Virus record (IMG/VR): IMGVR_UViG_2524614578_000001
Location: 9,107 to 73,106 of that record
Length of the DNA: 64,000 nucleotides
Direction: 5' to 3' (one strand)
Source: a virus
Lineage: Duplodnaviria > Caudoviricetes
The notes under the pieces: generated by a model
What the model was told of the DNA's origin: nothing
The model's database searches: none
What the model saw: only the letters and a program-made list of their open reading frames with translations
In this document: one piece after another, positions 18,286-26,844 of the stretch
Position numbering within the stretch: position 1 is the stretch's first letter
Layout of the letters: each line of letters begins with the position of its first letter
Translations under genes and position numbers: made by a program

Positions 18286-18849
18286 ATGCCCAGTCAGAAC
18301 ACCGCTGTGTTCGACATGTACAAGAACCGCCAACGGGACGCCACAGCCCAGGGCACTGGCGGGCAGGGCTTCCTCCCGCCACAGCCCCGGACGAGGACGC
18401 CGAAGAACGTCAACAAGTCCAAGTCGCTGAACCCCGCTCTGAACGGCGCCATCAACATCAACATCAACAAGGGTGGTGGTGGCGCCACGAAGAAGGGCGA
18501 CAAGGCGACGCCCGGCAGCGACTTCATGTCGAACGAGGACATCCGCGCCTACGCCGAGTACGGCCGCAAGCAGGCCCGGCAGCGCGCGGTCGAGCGGGCC
18601 CTCGACGCGGAGATGCTGGAGGGCCGGCTGCGGAACATCCCTAACACCCTGGGGAACATGTCCGGCGCCCGTGCCCGCGCCCGCCGTGTGACGCGGTGGC
18701 TGAAGCGGATCGCGCAGGCCGAGAAGCTGATCGCCAAGTGGTACAGCGCCCTGTACAGCGGTTTTGAGCGCGAGTACGAGGCCGAACTGATGAAGATCGG
18801 CAAGGGGCGGCAGCAGCAGAAGCCCCAGTCGAAGTTCGGGTGGCGCTGA
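18286..18849 (+). CDS. TraA-like plasmid transfer accessory protein
   Basis: Position before traB; ARARARRVTR.LKRIA; C-terminal FGW. Confidence 0.6.
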   Translation: MPSQNTAVFDMYKNRQRDATAQGTGGQGFLPPQPRTRTPKNVNKSKSLNPALNGAINININKGGGGATKKGDKATPGSDFMSNEDIRAYAEYGRKQARQRAVERALDAEMLEGRLRNIPNTLGNMSGARARARRVTRWLKRIAQAEKLIAKWYSALYSGFEREYEAELMKIGKGRQQQKPQSKFGWR

Positions 18850-18850
18850 C

Positions 18851-19000
18851 GTGCTCAACGCCTGGTGGGTCATCGGAGCCGCGCTGCTGTTCGCGGCGTG
18901 GCTTCGGTGGCAGTTCTACATCCTCTTCGCTGACGGCTTGATCATCGCCGTCGTCCTGTTCCTGATCTACCTCGTGGTCGCAGCCGCCGTAAACGGCTGA
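18851..19000 (+). CDS. 49-aa 2-TM peptide
   Basis: Hand translation VLNAWWVIGAALLFAAWLRWQFYILFADGLIIAVVLFLIYLVVAAAVNG. Confidence 0.5.
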   Translation: MLNAWWVIGAALLFAAWLRWQFYILFADGLIIAVVLFLIYLVVAAAVNG

Positions 19001-19060
19001 CACCCATCTGACCTGCATTGACACCTCGCTGACACCCGGAGTGACACCGTGGCTGACACC
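18998..19060 (+). repeat. TGACACC array upstream of traB (clt-like)
   Basis: Copies at 18998, 19019, 19030, 19042, 19054; variant TGACCTG at 19009. Confidence 0.8.
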
Positions 19061-21052
19061 ATCAAGAACGACGTGAAGAAGGGGCTCGCGTCCCCTCATG
19101 CGCGGCCGTGGCTCGCCCTCGTCGGCGAGGTACCCGCCACCTTCGCCGCCCACATGGCTTGGGGCGACCAGCCCCTCGTTGCGGCCGGCATGGCTACCGC
19201 CGCCGGGGTCCTGACCGCCGCCACCTGGTGGGCGGGCAAGGACACCAGCCCGCAGCGGCGTGCGCACGCGACCGCCACCACCGCCGCGGCGACCGGCTAC
19301 CTCACCTACGCCTCCTTCACCGACCCGTTCGGTGTGACCCAGTTGACGTGGCTTGCCCTCGGTGGCGGCACTGCTGCCGCGAGCTGGAACATCCGCAAGA
19401 CGATGCGCATCAACCCCGAGACCAGCAACAACGGTGCGGGCTCCGAGGAAAACGGCATCCTCCCGAAGTCGCTAGGCAAGGCCAAGGCGATGCTGCGGGC
19501 ACAGCCGAAGATCGAACCGAACAAGGTCACGCTGCCGCTGAAGCTCAACGAGATGACCACCGAGCAGTTCGGCAACCGTCTCAAGGACGCAGCGGTCGAG
19601 GCTGGCGTCTCCAACAACGCCCTGCGCCTCATCAACGACCCCGACAACGCAGCCTGGACGGACCTGGTCATCACCCCCGAGGACATGCTGAAGAAGTCCC
19701 TGCGCTGGCCCGGCCCGACCAACGGCGGCGGCTCCATCACCGAGCCCATCACCGTCGGCCCCTACCAGGACGGTGCCCCGGCGCAGCTCTGGTTTCCCGC
19801 GCACGAGCCGACGAAGATGTCCAAGGAACAGGCTCGCAACGCCACGCACTTCCTCGCCGCCGGCATGAACGGCTCGGCGAAGTCGACTGGCATCTCGGTT
19901 GCCATCGCTGATGCGCTGACCAGGCGCGACGTCATCGTGTGGGGTGTCGACCCGTCGAAGGGCATGCAGACGTTCGCCCCGTTCCTGCCGTACATGGACT
20001 GGGTGGAGATCACCAAGTCCGGCGGCGACGACATGATCGACGCCCTGTCGCAGGTCATCACCGCCCGCGCTGACGCGCTCGGCCGGAACGGCTACAAGAA
20101 CTGGACCCCGCAGGCGTTCCACCAGCTCGGCATGCCCTACATGATCGTGTGGATCGAGGAGGCCGCGAAATTCTTCCGCGAGGGCACCGAGATGGAAGGA
20201 CTGGTCATGGAGGCCCGTTCCGCGGGGATCTCCGTCATCATCTCCCTCCAGCGCCCGTCGGCCACATCGATGCCCACTGACGTGCGGGAACAGCTCGGCG
20301 GGGTGCTGTGCTTCGGCGTCAAGGAGTCCACCACCGCCGACATGGCCCTCCCCGAAGACGTGCGCGACGCCGGCGCCCGCCCGGAAGCGTGGGAGAACCG
20401 CAAGCCCGGCTACGCCTACCTCGTCGCCCCCGGGGTGCCGGAAGACCGGTACGCGATCCCGCTGCGCACCTACATGATCGACGACGAGCAGATCTCCGAC
20501 GCGCTCGCCGCCGCACCCCGCGTCCACGCCGACCCGATCACGGCTGCCGCCGCGGGTGAGGCATACGAGAACCGCACCACCTACGAGTCCAACACCCCGC
20601 TGACCAGCATCAACACGGAGGCAGTCATGAGCAAGGAGGACCAGGCGCGCAAGGAGGAGGCCCTGCTGGAACGGCAGGTCGAGCGTGAGGTCGCCGCCCG
20701 CTTCGACGACGGCGAGGACAACGACGTGTCCGGCATCGACCCCGACGAAGAGATCCCCGCCGTCGAGTCCGACAAGGTGTGGACGTTCGCCGAGGCCGAC
20801 AGCACCCCGGAGAAGACCGCCGACGAGGCCATGAACGAGCTGCTCGCGATGCTGGAGGAGTACCGGCAGGAGGGCCTGGAGCACGTCGGCCCCCGCCACT
20901 TCCAGCCCTACGGCCGGGAGGGCCGCATCGGCCGCTCCCGCGCTTGGATCAGCGCCCGCCTCAACGAGTTGGCCGACGACGAGGTCCACCTCCAGGACAC
21001 CGACGACGCCGGGGTGTACAAGCTGCTCTACCCCGAGATGGCCGCAGCCTGA
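19049..21052 (+). CDS. traB: FtsK/SpoIIIE-type conjugative DNA translocase TraB
   Basis: N-terminal TM helices, Walker A GMNGSAKST, GVDPSKG, Walker B VWIEEA, ARSAGI...LQRP, C-terminal wHTH GRSRAWIS. Confidence 0.88.
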   Translation: MADTIKNDVKKGLASPHARPWLALVGEVPATFAAHMAWGDQPLVAAGMATAAGVLTAATWWAGKDTSPQRRAHATATTAAATGYLTYASFTDPFGVTQLTWLALGGGTAAASWNIRKTMRINPETSNNGAGSEENGILPKSLGKAKAMLRAQPKIEPNKVTLPLKLNEMTTEQFGNRLKDAAVEAGVSNNALRLINDPDNAAWTDLVITPEDMLKKSLRWPGPTNGGGSITEPITVGPYQDGAPAQLWFPAHEPTKMSKEQARNATHFLAAGMNGSAKSTGISVAIADALTRRDVIVWGVDPSKGMQTFAPFLPYMDWVEITKSGGDDMIDALSQVITARADALGRNGYKNWTPQAFHQLGMPYMIVWIEEAAKFFREGTEMEGLVMEARSAGISVIISLQRPSATSMPTDVREQLGGVLCFGVKESTTADMALPEDVRDAGARPEAWENRKPGYAYLVAPGVPEDRYAIPLRTYMIDDEQISDALAAAPRVHADPITAAAAGEAYENRTTYESNTPLTSINTEAVMSKEDQARKEEALLERQVEREVAARFDDGEDNDVSGIDPDEEIPAVESDKVWTFAEADSTPEKTADEAMNELLAMLEEYRQEGLEHVGPRHFQPYGREGRIGRSRAWISARLNELADDEVHLQDTDDAGVYKLLYPEMAAA

Positions 21053-21185
21053 CACCCACTTGACCTGCGGTGACACCGGCTGACACCTCGCTGACATGTC
21101 AGAGCGGGTGTCAGCCCCGGTCAGAGGCCGCGGACGCTTAGGTCAACGCGCACGCGCGCGCGAGCTGACACCCCCACCTGACACC
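21050..21185 (+). repeat. TGACACC array downstream of traB; putative cis-acting locus of transfer (clt)
   Basis: Copies at 21050, 21071, 21081, 21166, 21179; variant at 21061; palindrome CTGACATGTCAG at 21091; inverted copy at 21107. Confidence 0.8.
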
Positions 21186-21239
21186 CCTAGCCCTGTCAAT
21201 CGGTACGAACCGCCACAGAACTCACATAAGGAGCACCCC

Positions 21240-21503
21240 ATGGAGCAGGAGTTCAACCCGCCCCGCTACGCCTGGACCGCCTCGACCGTGCAGGAGGCGA
21301 AGGCGATCCTCACTGCCGCACGCGACCTCGTCGACGCGCACATGTCCACGCTCGTGCCCGGCGACATCGGTGATCGGTGGGACGCCGAGAAGGAGGCGCC
21401 GACGACGCTGACCATTTCGCTGGACCTGTCCGGCCTGGTGGAGCAGATCAACACCCGCCGGACCATCGCCAACATGGAAGCCAGTCTCGGGGACGGTGCC
21501 TGA
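21240..21503 (+). CDS. Hypothetical protein
   Basis: RBS AAGGAG. Confidence 0.65.
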   Translation: MEQEFNPPRYAWTASTVQEAKAILTAARDLVDAHMSTLVPGDIGDRWDAEKEAPTTLTISLDLSGLVEQINTRRTIANMEASLGDGA

Positions 21504-22111
21504 TGCGTACTCCGTGGATGTCCCGCCGGGACCGCCGCCTGTGGCAGTCCGCCAGCACCGTCCCCGACCTCGGCGAGTTGATGGCCCGCTGGCTCGAAGG
21601 CGACCTGAAGTCGTGGCCCGGCTACGCCCCGGGCTACGGCCCCGACGACGAAACCCGGCACCTCGTCCCGACACTGGCCGCACTCAACCGGGCCGGGGTC
21701 CTCACACACGGTTCGCAGCCCGGCCACATGGGGGCCGGCTTCGACGGGGCCTGGTGGTCGCAGCGCGCGGCCGTCAGTGGCTTCGTCGCCGACCCGTCGC
21801 TGTTTCGCGAGCTGCTGTTCGCCGCCGCCGACAACGCGCTGCTGACGCTGGTGACCGGCGGGCAGGAGGCGTACTGGCCGGAGCCGATCCCGGTGACGAC
21901 GCGCAACTCGGAGACGGTCACGGACTTCGGCATGCACTTGGGTCGCCGCGACCTGCGCTGCATGTGGCCCACGATCAACGACGAGGCGTTCACCGCGATC
22001 GAGGCAGCGTGGCAGGTCACCATGGTCGCCCCCGGCTTCGGAGCCTTGGGCGAACGCATGTGGCCGGTGCTGGCCACCGCCGTGGAGGAGGCCGTCGATG
22101 TCGCTGCCTGA
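21503..22111 (+). CDS. DUF6919-like protein
   Basis: LGELMARWLEG...PDDET..L...LNRAG..T..SQPG...QRAAVSGF. Confidence 0.65.
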   Translation: MRTPWMSRRDRRLWQSASTVPDLGELMARWLEGDLKSWPGYAPGYGPDDETRHLVPTLAALNRAGVLTHGSQPGHMGAGFDGAWWSQRAAVSGFVADPSLFRELLFAAADNALLTLVTGGQEAYWPEPIPVTTRNSETVTDFGMHLGRRDLRCMWPTINDEAFTAIEAAWQVTMVAPGFGALGERMWPVLATAVEEAVDVAA

Positions 22112-22550
22112 GCGTCAGATCCATGCGGAGACCGCACCGTTCGCCATGCGCCCGGCCGCACCGGAGGTGTACCGGCCGCAGCCGATCCAGCCCGTGCCGG
22201 AACGCCGCATCGTCGGCTACGAGCGGTACGCCGACGGCCTGCTGCCCGTGTACGAGGTCGTCGCCCCTGTGGAGCGCACCCCCGCCCGCGACCTCACCCC
22301 CCAGCCGCTGATCGACCCGCGGGCACAACTCGTCCTCGCCGGCGGTGTCGGCGCCGGAGCAGCAGGCGCCGGACTCGGCTGGGGCATCGGACAAGCCTTC
22401 ACCGGCATCGCGGCCCTGTCCGGCAGCAGCGCCGTCCTGATGGCGCTGCTGCTGCTCCTCCTCGCCAAGTCCCGGAAGCGCGGCACGACCACGATCCACG
22501 TCACCAACAACAACCGCTGGTGGGGCCACTCCACCAGCCCGATCAAGTAG
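22098..22550 (+). CDS. Membrane protein (Spd-like)
   Basis: Gly/Ala-rich TM pair near the C-terminus. Confidence 0.6.
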   Translation: MSLPERQIHAETAPFAMRPAAPEVYRPQPIQPVPERRIVGYERYADGLLPVYEVVAPVERTPARDLTPQPLIDPRAQLVLAGGVGAGAAGAGLGWGIGQAFTGIAALSGSSAVLMALLLLLLAKSRKRGTTTIHVTNNNRWWGHSTSPIK

Positions 22551-22559
22551 GAGCCCGGC

Positions 22560-22766
22560 ATGCCGCTTACGTTCCGCAAGAGCTTCCGTGTCCTGCCCGA
22601 GGTGAAGGTCAACCTGGGGCTCAAGTCGTGGTCGGTGACCGTCGGACCCAGCAACGGGCCGAAGCGCACGTTCAGTTCGACCGGCCGCCGCACCACATCC
22701 ATGGACCTGCCCGGCCCGTGGGGCTACCGCCGCACCAGCACCCGGCGGCAGAGGAGGGAGGGCTGA
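22560..22766 (+). CDS. DUF4236 protein
   Basis: FRKSFRVLP.VKVNL...S.SVTVG...DLPG. Confidence 0.75.
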   Translation: MPLTFRKSFRVLPEVKVNLGLKSWSVTVGPSNGPKRTFSSTGRRTTSMDLPGPWGYRRTSTRRQRREG

Positions 22767-22978
22767 TGAAGCGCGGCGACCGCGTGCGGATCACCGCAGG
22801 TCGACACGAGGGCGAGACCGGCGTGTACATCGACGACTACACCGCGGGCCGCGTCATCCCCGGCATGGCCTTCGAGGACGAGTCGAACGTCCGGCTCGAC
22901 GACGGCTCCAAGGCCACCGTCCCCACGGCGAGCCTCGCGCCCGCCACCAAGAACCGGCGGCGCAACCGCGACCGCTGA
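22766..22978 (+). CDS. Small KOW/SH3-like protein
   Basis: KRGDRVRITAGRHEGETG. Confidence 0.65.
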   Translation: MKRGDRVRITAGRHEGETGVYIDDYTAGRVIPGMAFEDESNVRLDDGSKATVPTASLAPATKNRRRNRDR

Positions 22979-23005
22979 ACTGTCATCATCGAATCAGGAG
23001 GAATC

Positions 23006-23497
23006 ATGGGATACGCCTGCTACGAGATCTACCGCAACGGCGAGAAGATCGAGGCCGGCTACGGTGTCGCCACTGCCTGCGAAGAGGACGGCTGCACCGA
23101 GCAGATCGACCGTGGGCTCGCCCACCTGTGCGGCAAGGACCCCGGAGGCGACGAACACGGCTGTGGCGGCTACTACTGCGGCCAGCACCTGTACGGCGAC
23201 AACCAGTGCACCCGCTGCTCCGCCAAGGCGGACGAGGCCAACCGCTGGGTCCACCCCGAGACCGGTGAGGAGTTCGACCTGCGGGACCGGTTCCTGCCGG
23301 CCGGGTCGCGCTACGACGCCCGAGGGACCGTCTGGCAGTACGCAGGGTTCCAGCGTGAGGGCGCGCCGACCCTGGAGCCGATCTATACGAGTGGCGAGGG
23401 CGCGGACGGTCCGTACCGTTCCCTCGCTGAGGGCGAGTGGGAGGACGTCGGCCGCATCGTCTACCGGCAGGTACACGCCGAGACCGCCACCGCATAG
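23006..23497 (+). CDS. Hypothetical Cys-rich protein
   Basis: RBS AGGAGG; multiple Cys/His clusters. Confidence 0.7.
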   Translation: MGYACYEIYRNGEKIEAGYGVATACEEDGCTEQIDRGLAHLCGKDPGGDEHGCGGYYCGQHLYGDNQCTRCSAKADEANRWVHPETGEEFDLRDRFLPAGSRYDARGTVWQYAGFQREGAPTLEPIYTSGEGADGPYRSLAEGEWEDVGRIVYRQVHAETATA

Positions 23498-23546
23498 GCG
23501 ACCGCCCCTCCCGGGGTTAGCGGGAGGGACGGCACGGACACCATAC

Positions 23547-23579
23547 GAGAGGCCCCGCCCGTGTTGGGCGGGGCCTCTC
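23547..23579. terminator. Bidirectional terminator hairpin
   Basis: GAGAGGCCCCGCCC-N5-GGGCGGGGCCTCTC between convergent genes. Confidence 0.7.
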
Positions 23580-23602
23580 TGTGCTCCGGGTTCTCGGCGC
23601 GT

Positions 23603-24106
23603 TCAGCTCTGGGGCTTGTCGATCCTCAACGGGTCGTGCGTGCCTGTGCGCTGCCACCACTGGCCACTCGCATCGCACCATCTGATCGTGCACGTTACGC
23701 GGCCGTATCGGCGCTCAATGAGCAAGTCATCTGCCGCCTTCAGCACCACGGACACCTTGAATGACTCTCCGCGAGGCAGGTGTTGACGCCGCGGTGGGAG
23801 CCGCGACCCCATGAAGGGATTGAGCGCCCACGAGTCACCGGGCTGCGGCTCAGGCCGCTTGAAGTCCACCAGCTCCGGCCAGAGCAGCTCGCGCGGACTG
23901 CCGTTGATGATCGTCACCATGTATGAGCCGGTGGCCGAGCCGTTCGTCTTGAAGTGCACCATCGACGCTTCCGCCACGGCAGACCTGTCCTCATCCTGGT
24001 CGGCCTTCCGGTTGCGAGCCCGCGTCTCCAGGAGCCCCCAGACCGACATAGCGGTACCAGCAATGCCCACACCGACGCCCTGCCCAAACGACCACCAGTC
24101 GGTCAA
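23603..24106 (-). CDS. Single-TM accessory (moron-like) protein
   Basis: TTG start after GAGGAGG; N-terminal TM segment. Confidence 0.55.
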   Translation of the reverse strand: MTDWWSFGQGVGVGIAGTAMSVWGLLETRARNRKADQDEDRSAVAEASMVHFKTNGSATGSYMVTIINGSPRELLWPELVDFKRPEPQPGDSWALNPFMGSRLPPRRQHLPRGESFKVSVVLKAADDLLIERRYGRVTCTIRWCDASGQWWQRTGTHDPLRIDKPQS

Positions 24107-24107
24107 C

Positions 24108-24299
24108 TCACCCCTCCTCGGCGGTGTTGGGCCGCCCGGGGAGTTCGGCGCCGGGTAGTCCAGCAAACCATGCCCAGAGTTGCCGGGTGATGCGTGACCG
24201 GTCGCTGGCGGCCTGCTTGGCAGCGGCGTCGAATGCGTCGACTTCTTCGTCTGGGATGCCTCGGACAACTCGCTGTTTGTACTTGTGGGCGTTGGCCAT
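24108..24299 (-). CDS. Ribbon-helix-helix regulator
   Basis: QRVVRGIPDEEVDAFDAAAK....DRSRITRQL. Confidence 0.7.
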   Translation of the reverse strand: MANAHKYKQRVVRGIPDEEVDAFDAAAKQAASDRSRITRQLWAWFAGLPGAELPGRPNTAEEG

Positions 24300-24306
24300 G
24301 AAACCC

Positions 24307-24367
24307 ATGGTCCCAGGTGGCTTGCCACCCGTCAAAGGGTGTGCCATATTGGAGGTGGCAAGCCACC
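24307..24367. promoter_or_regulatory. Overlapping divergent promoters with twin operators GGTGGCWWGCCACC
   Basis: Palindromes at 24316-24329 and 24354-24367; TTGCCA-N17-CATATT on +, TTGACG-N17-GACCAT on -. Confidence 0.7.
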
Positions 24368-24401
24368 CAAGAGCAGGGTTAACGCCACAACAGGGGGTCC
24401 G

Positions 24402-24737
24402 ATGAACACCACCACCGAGCAGGTCACCTGCCTCGGCTGCCGGCGCCCCCTCCGCTCCGCCGCGAGCATCGCCCGCGGACGCGGCCCCGTCTGCGACCGC
24501 CGGGCGCGCCAATCGGCCGTCGACCTCCGCGACTTCACCCCCGCCCAGGTCGACGCCGCACGCGAGCTGATCGAAGACGCCGCGATCGTGCCGCTCCGCG
24601 GCCGAGTGTTCCGGACCGTCAGTACGGACGGCCGCGAGCTGCACCTCACCCACCCGGCCACCTGCAACTGCGCCGCAGGGCTCAAGGCCCGCCGCTGCTA
24701 CCACATCGCCGCAGCGCGCTTGCTGTTGGCCGCATGA
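24402..24737 (+). CDS. DUF6011 + SWIM zinc-finger protein
   Basis: CLGCRRPL...SIARGRGPVC; CNC......CYH. Confidence 0.75.
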   Translation: MNTTTEQVTCLGCRRPLRSAASIARGRGPVCDRRARQSAVDLRDFTPAQVDAARELIEDAAIVPLRGRVFRTVSTDGRELHLTHPATCNCAAGLKARRCYHIAAARLLLAA

Positions 24738-24876
24738 GTACCGCGTCCGAGCCCCTCCCGCGGCTGACGGTGCGCGTCACCGTCAACCCCGTCGACCCGG
24801 CCGCCAGTCGAGCCGCCGCCGCCGAGGACCGCCACTACTACTCCGACCTCTACGACCACGACGAAGACACCGAGGA

Positions 24877-25086
24877 GTGATCCGCATGGGCGACGACAGT
24901 CTCATCCTGGTCAGGGCCACCATCGGCCAGCGCGACCACGTGTTGAAGACGTTCACCGGCACCCGCGAGTCGGAAGCCGTGGCCTATGCCGACCGCGAGC
25001 ACGCCGCCAGCGGCCTCGACACCCGGCTCACCGCCTACGTGGCCCCCACCGGACCCCCGTCACTCGACGGGCTCTGCCTCAACTGA
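24877..25086 (+). CDS. Hypothetical protein
   Basis: RBS GAGGAG. Confidence 0.5.
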   Translation: MIRMGDDSLILVRATIGQRDHVLKTFTGTRESEAVAYADREHAASGLDTRLTAYVAPTGPPSLDGLCLN

Positions 25087-25106
25087 CAGCGAGAGAGGAC
25101 CGCGAG

Positions 25107-25217
25107 ATGCCCAGCAACAAGTACGAGTGCCAGTGCGGCTACCCGGCCCGCAGCGCCGACGACCTGTTCGACCACATGGTCAACGCCGACGACGGCCAGC
25201 AGCACGGCAGCAAGTGA
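25107..25217 (+). CDS. 36-aa zinc-finger-like microprotein
   Basis: MPSNKYECQCGYPARSADDLFDHMVNADDGQQHGSK; RBS GAGAGG. Confidence 0.5.
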   Translation: MPSNKYECQCGYPARSADDLFDHMVNADDGQQHGSK

Positions 25218-25537
25218 GGGGCGAGATGGGCTACACCAAGGAGTACGAGCTCCGCATGATGTCCATCGACGGCGGCTGGATCGTCCGCGGACACTACGCC
25301 GACCCCGAGCAGGCCATGAAGGACATGTGCCGCGAGTAGGACATGCAGCCCGGCACCTACCGCGTGGTCCGGGTCATCGAGACGACGCTGGCCGAGTCCG
25401 CGCGATAGCCCCCGGCCCGCTCCGGAGCCCCCTACCGAAGCGGGCACCCAGCCCCGCCACGGTCACCACGGACGTACGCCGCAAGGCAGACGAGGGTGCG
25501 CAGGAAGAACTCCCGCGACAAAGAAGGAGCAGTCCCA

Positions 25538-25705
25538 ATGTGTGCGTTTTGCCCGGAAGAGGGTCTCTCGATTCACTGGTCCGATGACGACGCCACGGTG
25601 GTGGTGAAGGACCATGAGGGGGAGATCTTGGCGACGGAGCCAACCAGTAGCGCAGCAATCGAAACCCGCGAGAAGCTCATCAAGGACCGGAGGCGCCATA
25701 AGTGA
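25538..25705 (+). CDS. Hypothetical protein
   Basis: RBS AAGGAG. Confidence 0.5.
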   Translation: MCAFCPEEGLSIHWSDDDATVVVKDHEGEILATEPTSSAAIETREKLIKDRRRHK

Positions 25706-25725
25706 TGTGACCGCTCCGCAGGCGC

Positions 25726-25756
25726 GAGCCCCGGCCGATGTGTTCGGTCGGGGCTC
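25726..25756. terminator. Hairpin between convergent genes
   Basis: GAGCCCCGGCCGA-N5-TCGGTCGGGGCTC. Confidence 0.55.
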
Positions 25757-25928
25757 AGTGGCGCCTGTGCCCCTTGCGGGCCATACGGCTGCGCCCGGCG
25801 AAGGAGCGGCCCGCGTTCGAGATGCGGGCGGCCTTCGACTTGGACATGCCCTTACGGCGCAATGCCCGATAGGCGGCATGCCTGCTGCGGTAGACGAAGC
25901 CGAACCGGCCGCCGCGGGCCGACACCAT
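25755..25928 (-). CDS. Small, highly basic protein (57 aa)
   Basis: YRALRRKGMSKSKAARISNA; TGATG coupling. Confidence 0.65.
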   Translation of the reverse strand: MVSARGGRFGFVYRSRHAAYRALRRKGMSKSKAARISNAGRSFAGRSRMARKGHRRH

Positions 25929-26152
25929 CAGCGCCGCCCCCTCTTGGACACCGCGATCGACGGATACTTGCGGCGCACCGCAGCCCGAACTCTCGCCTGC
26001 TGCGCTGGCGTTCCATGCTGCGCCACCCGTGCGAGCGCATTGCGGGCACGCGCCTTCGTGTCCAGCGGATACGCCCGCTTCCCCGGGATCGCGAACGACG
26101 ACTTGGGCAGGCTGCGGCGCCTCTTCGTAGTCATCTTCGGCGACTTGGCCAT
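25928..26152 (-). CDS. Small basic DUF6582-like protein
   Basis: RRSLPKSSFAIPGKRAYPLDTKARARNALARVAQ. Confidence 0.75.
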   Translation of the reverse strand: MAKSPKMTTKRRRSLPKSSFAIPGKRAYPLDTKARARNALARVAQHGTPAQQARVRAAVRRKYPSIAVSKRGRR

Positions 26153-26195
26153 GACCTACGCATGCCCAGATCGACAGGCGCTGCACCCAATTCGC

Positions 26196-26226
26196 CTACG
26201 ATTCAAAGGTAGAACGTCCGAATCGG
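26196..26226 (+). promoter_or_regulatory. Putative late promoter/operator, copy 1
   Basis: CTACGATTCAAAGG-N9-CGAATCGG; shared with 53163. Confidence 0.55.
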
Positions 26227-26250
26227 CAGGCCACCAGGAGGGCACGCGCC

Positions 26251-26844
26251 ATGGTCAACGGGCCCCGCACCTACCGGAAAACCGACCCGGCCGACCGCGC
26301 CGCCCGAGCCGCCGTCGTCTTCGACCTGCGCATCGCCGGCAAGTCCTACCGGCAGATCGACACCCTGTCGCAGGACCCCAACGGTCCGACGAACGGCCGC
26401 CGCATCTCCACCACCACCGCCAAGGAACTCCTCTACGAAGAGGTGGCCCGCCGCATCGACCCGCGAGTCGAGACATGGCGGGCAGTGGAGGCCGAACGGC
26501 TGGAAGGGTCGTTGCAGCGTCTCGATCTGCTCGCAGAGAAGGCGTGGGTCATCCTCGACACTGACCATGTGACGGTGTCGCAGGGCCGCACCTTCGAGAA
26601 CATCGCCGACCCAGGCCCGGCGCTGCAAGCCATCGACCGCCTCATCAAGATCGAGGAGCAGCGGCGGAAGATCTCCGAGTCGCTGAGGAAGCTGTTCGGC
26701 GTCGACGCCCCGCAGCAGATTGAGGCCACCATCACCGAGATGACGCCGCAGGACGTGGAACTCCAGGAGTTGCTCAACGAGGCCAAGGCCAAGATGGAGG
26801 CGCAGCAGGCTCGGCTCCTCGGCAACGGCGGGGAGTCGGCATGA
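26251..26844 (+). CDS. terS: Terminase small subunit
   Basis: LRIAGKSYRQI HTH, AIDRLIKIEEQRRK.....LFGVDAP; position. Confidence 0.75.
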   Translation: MVNGPRTYRKTDPADRAARAAVVFDLRIAGKSYRQIDTLSQDPNGPTNGRRISTTTAKELLYEEVARRIDPRVETWRAVEAERLEGSLQRLDLLAEKAWVILDTDHVTVSQGRTFENIADPGPALQAIDRLIKIEEQRRKISESLRKLFGVDAPQQIEATITEMTPQDVELQELLNEAKAKMEAQQARLLGNGGESA

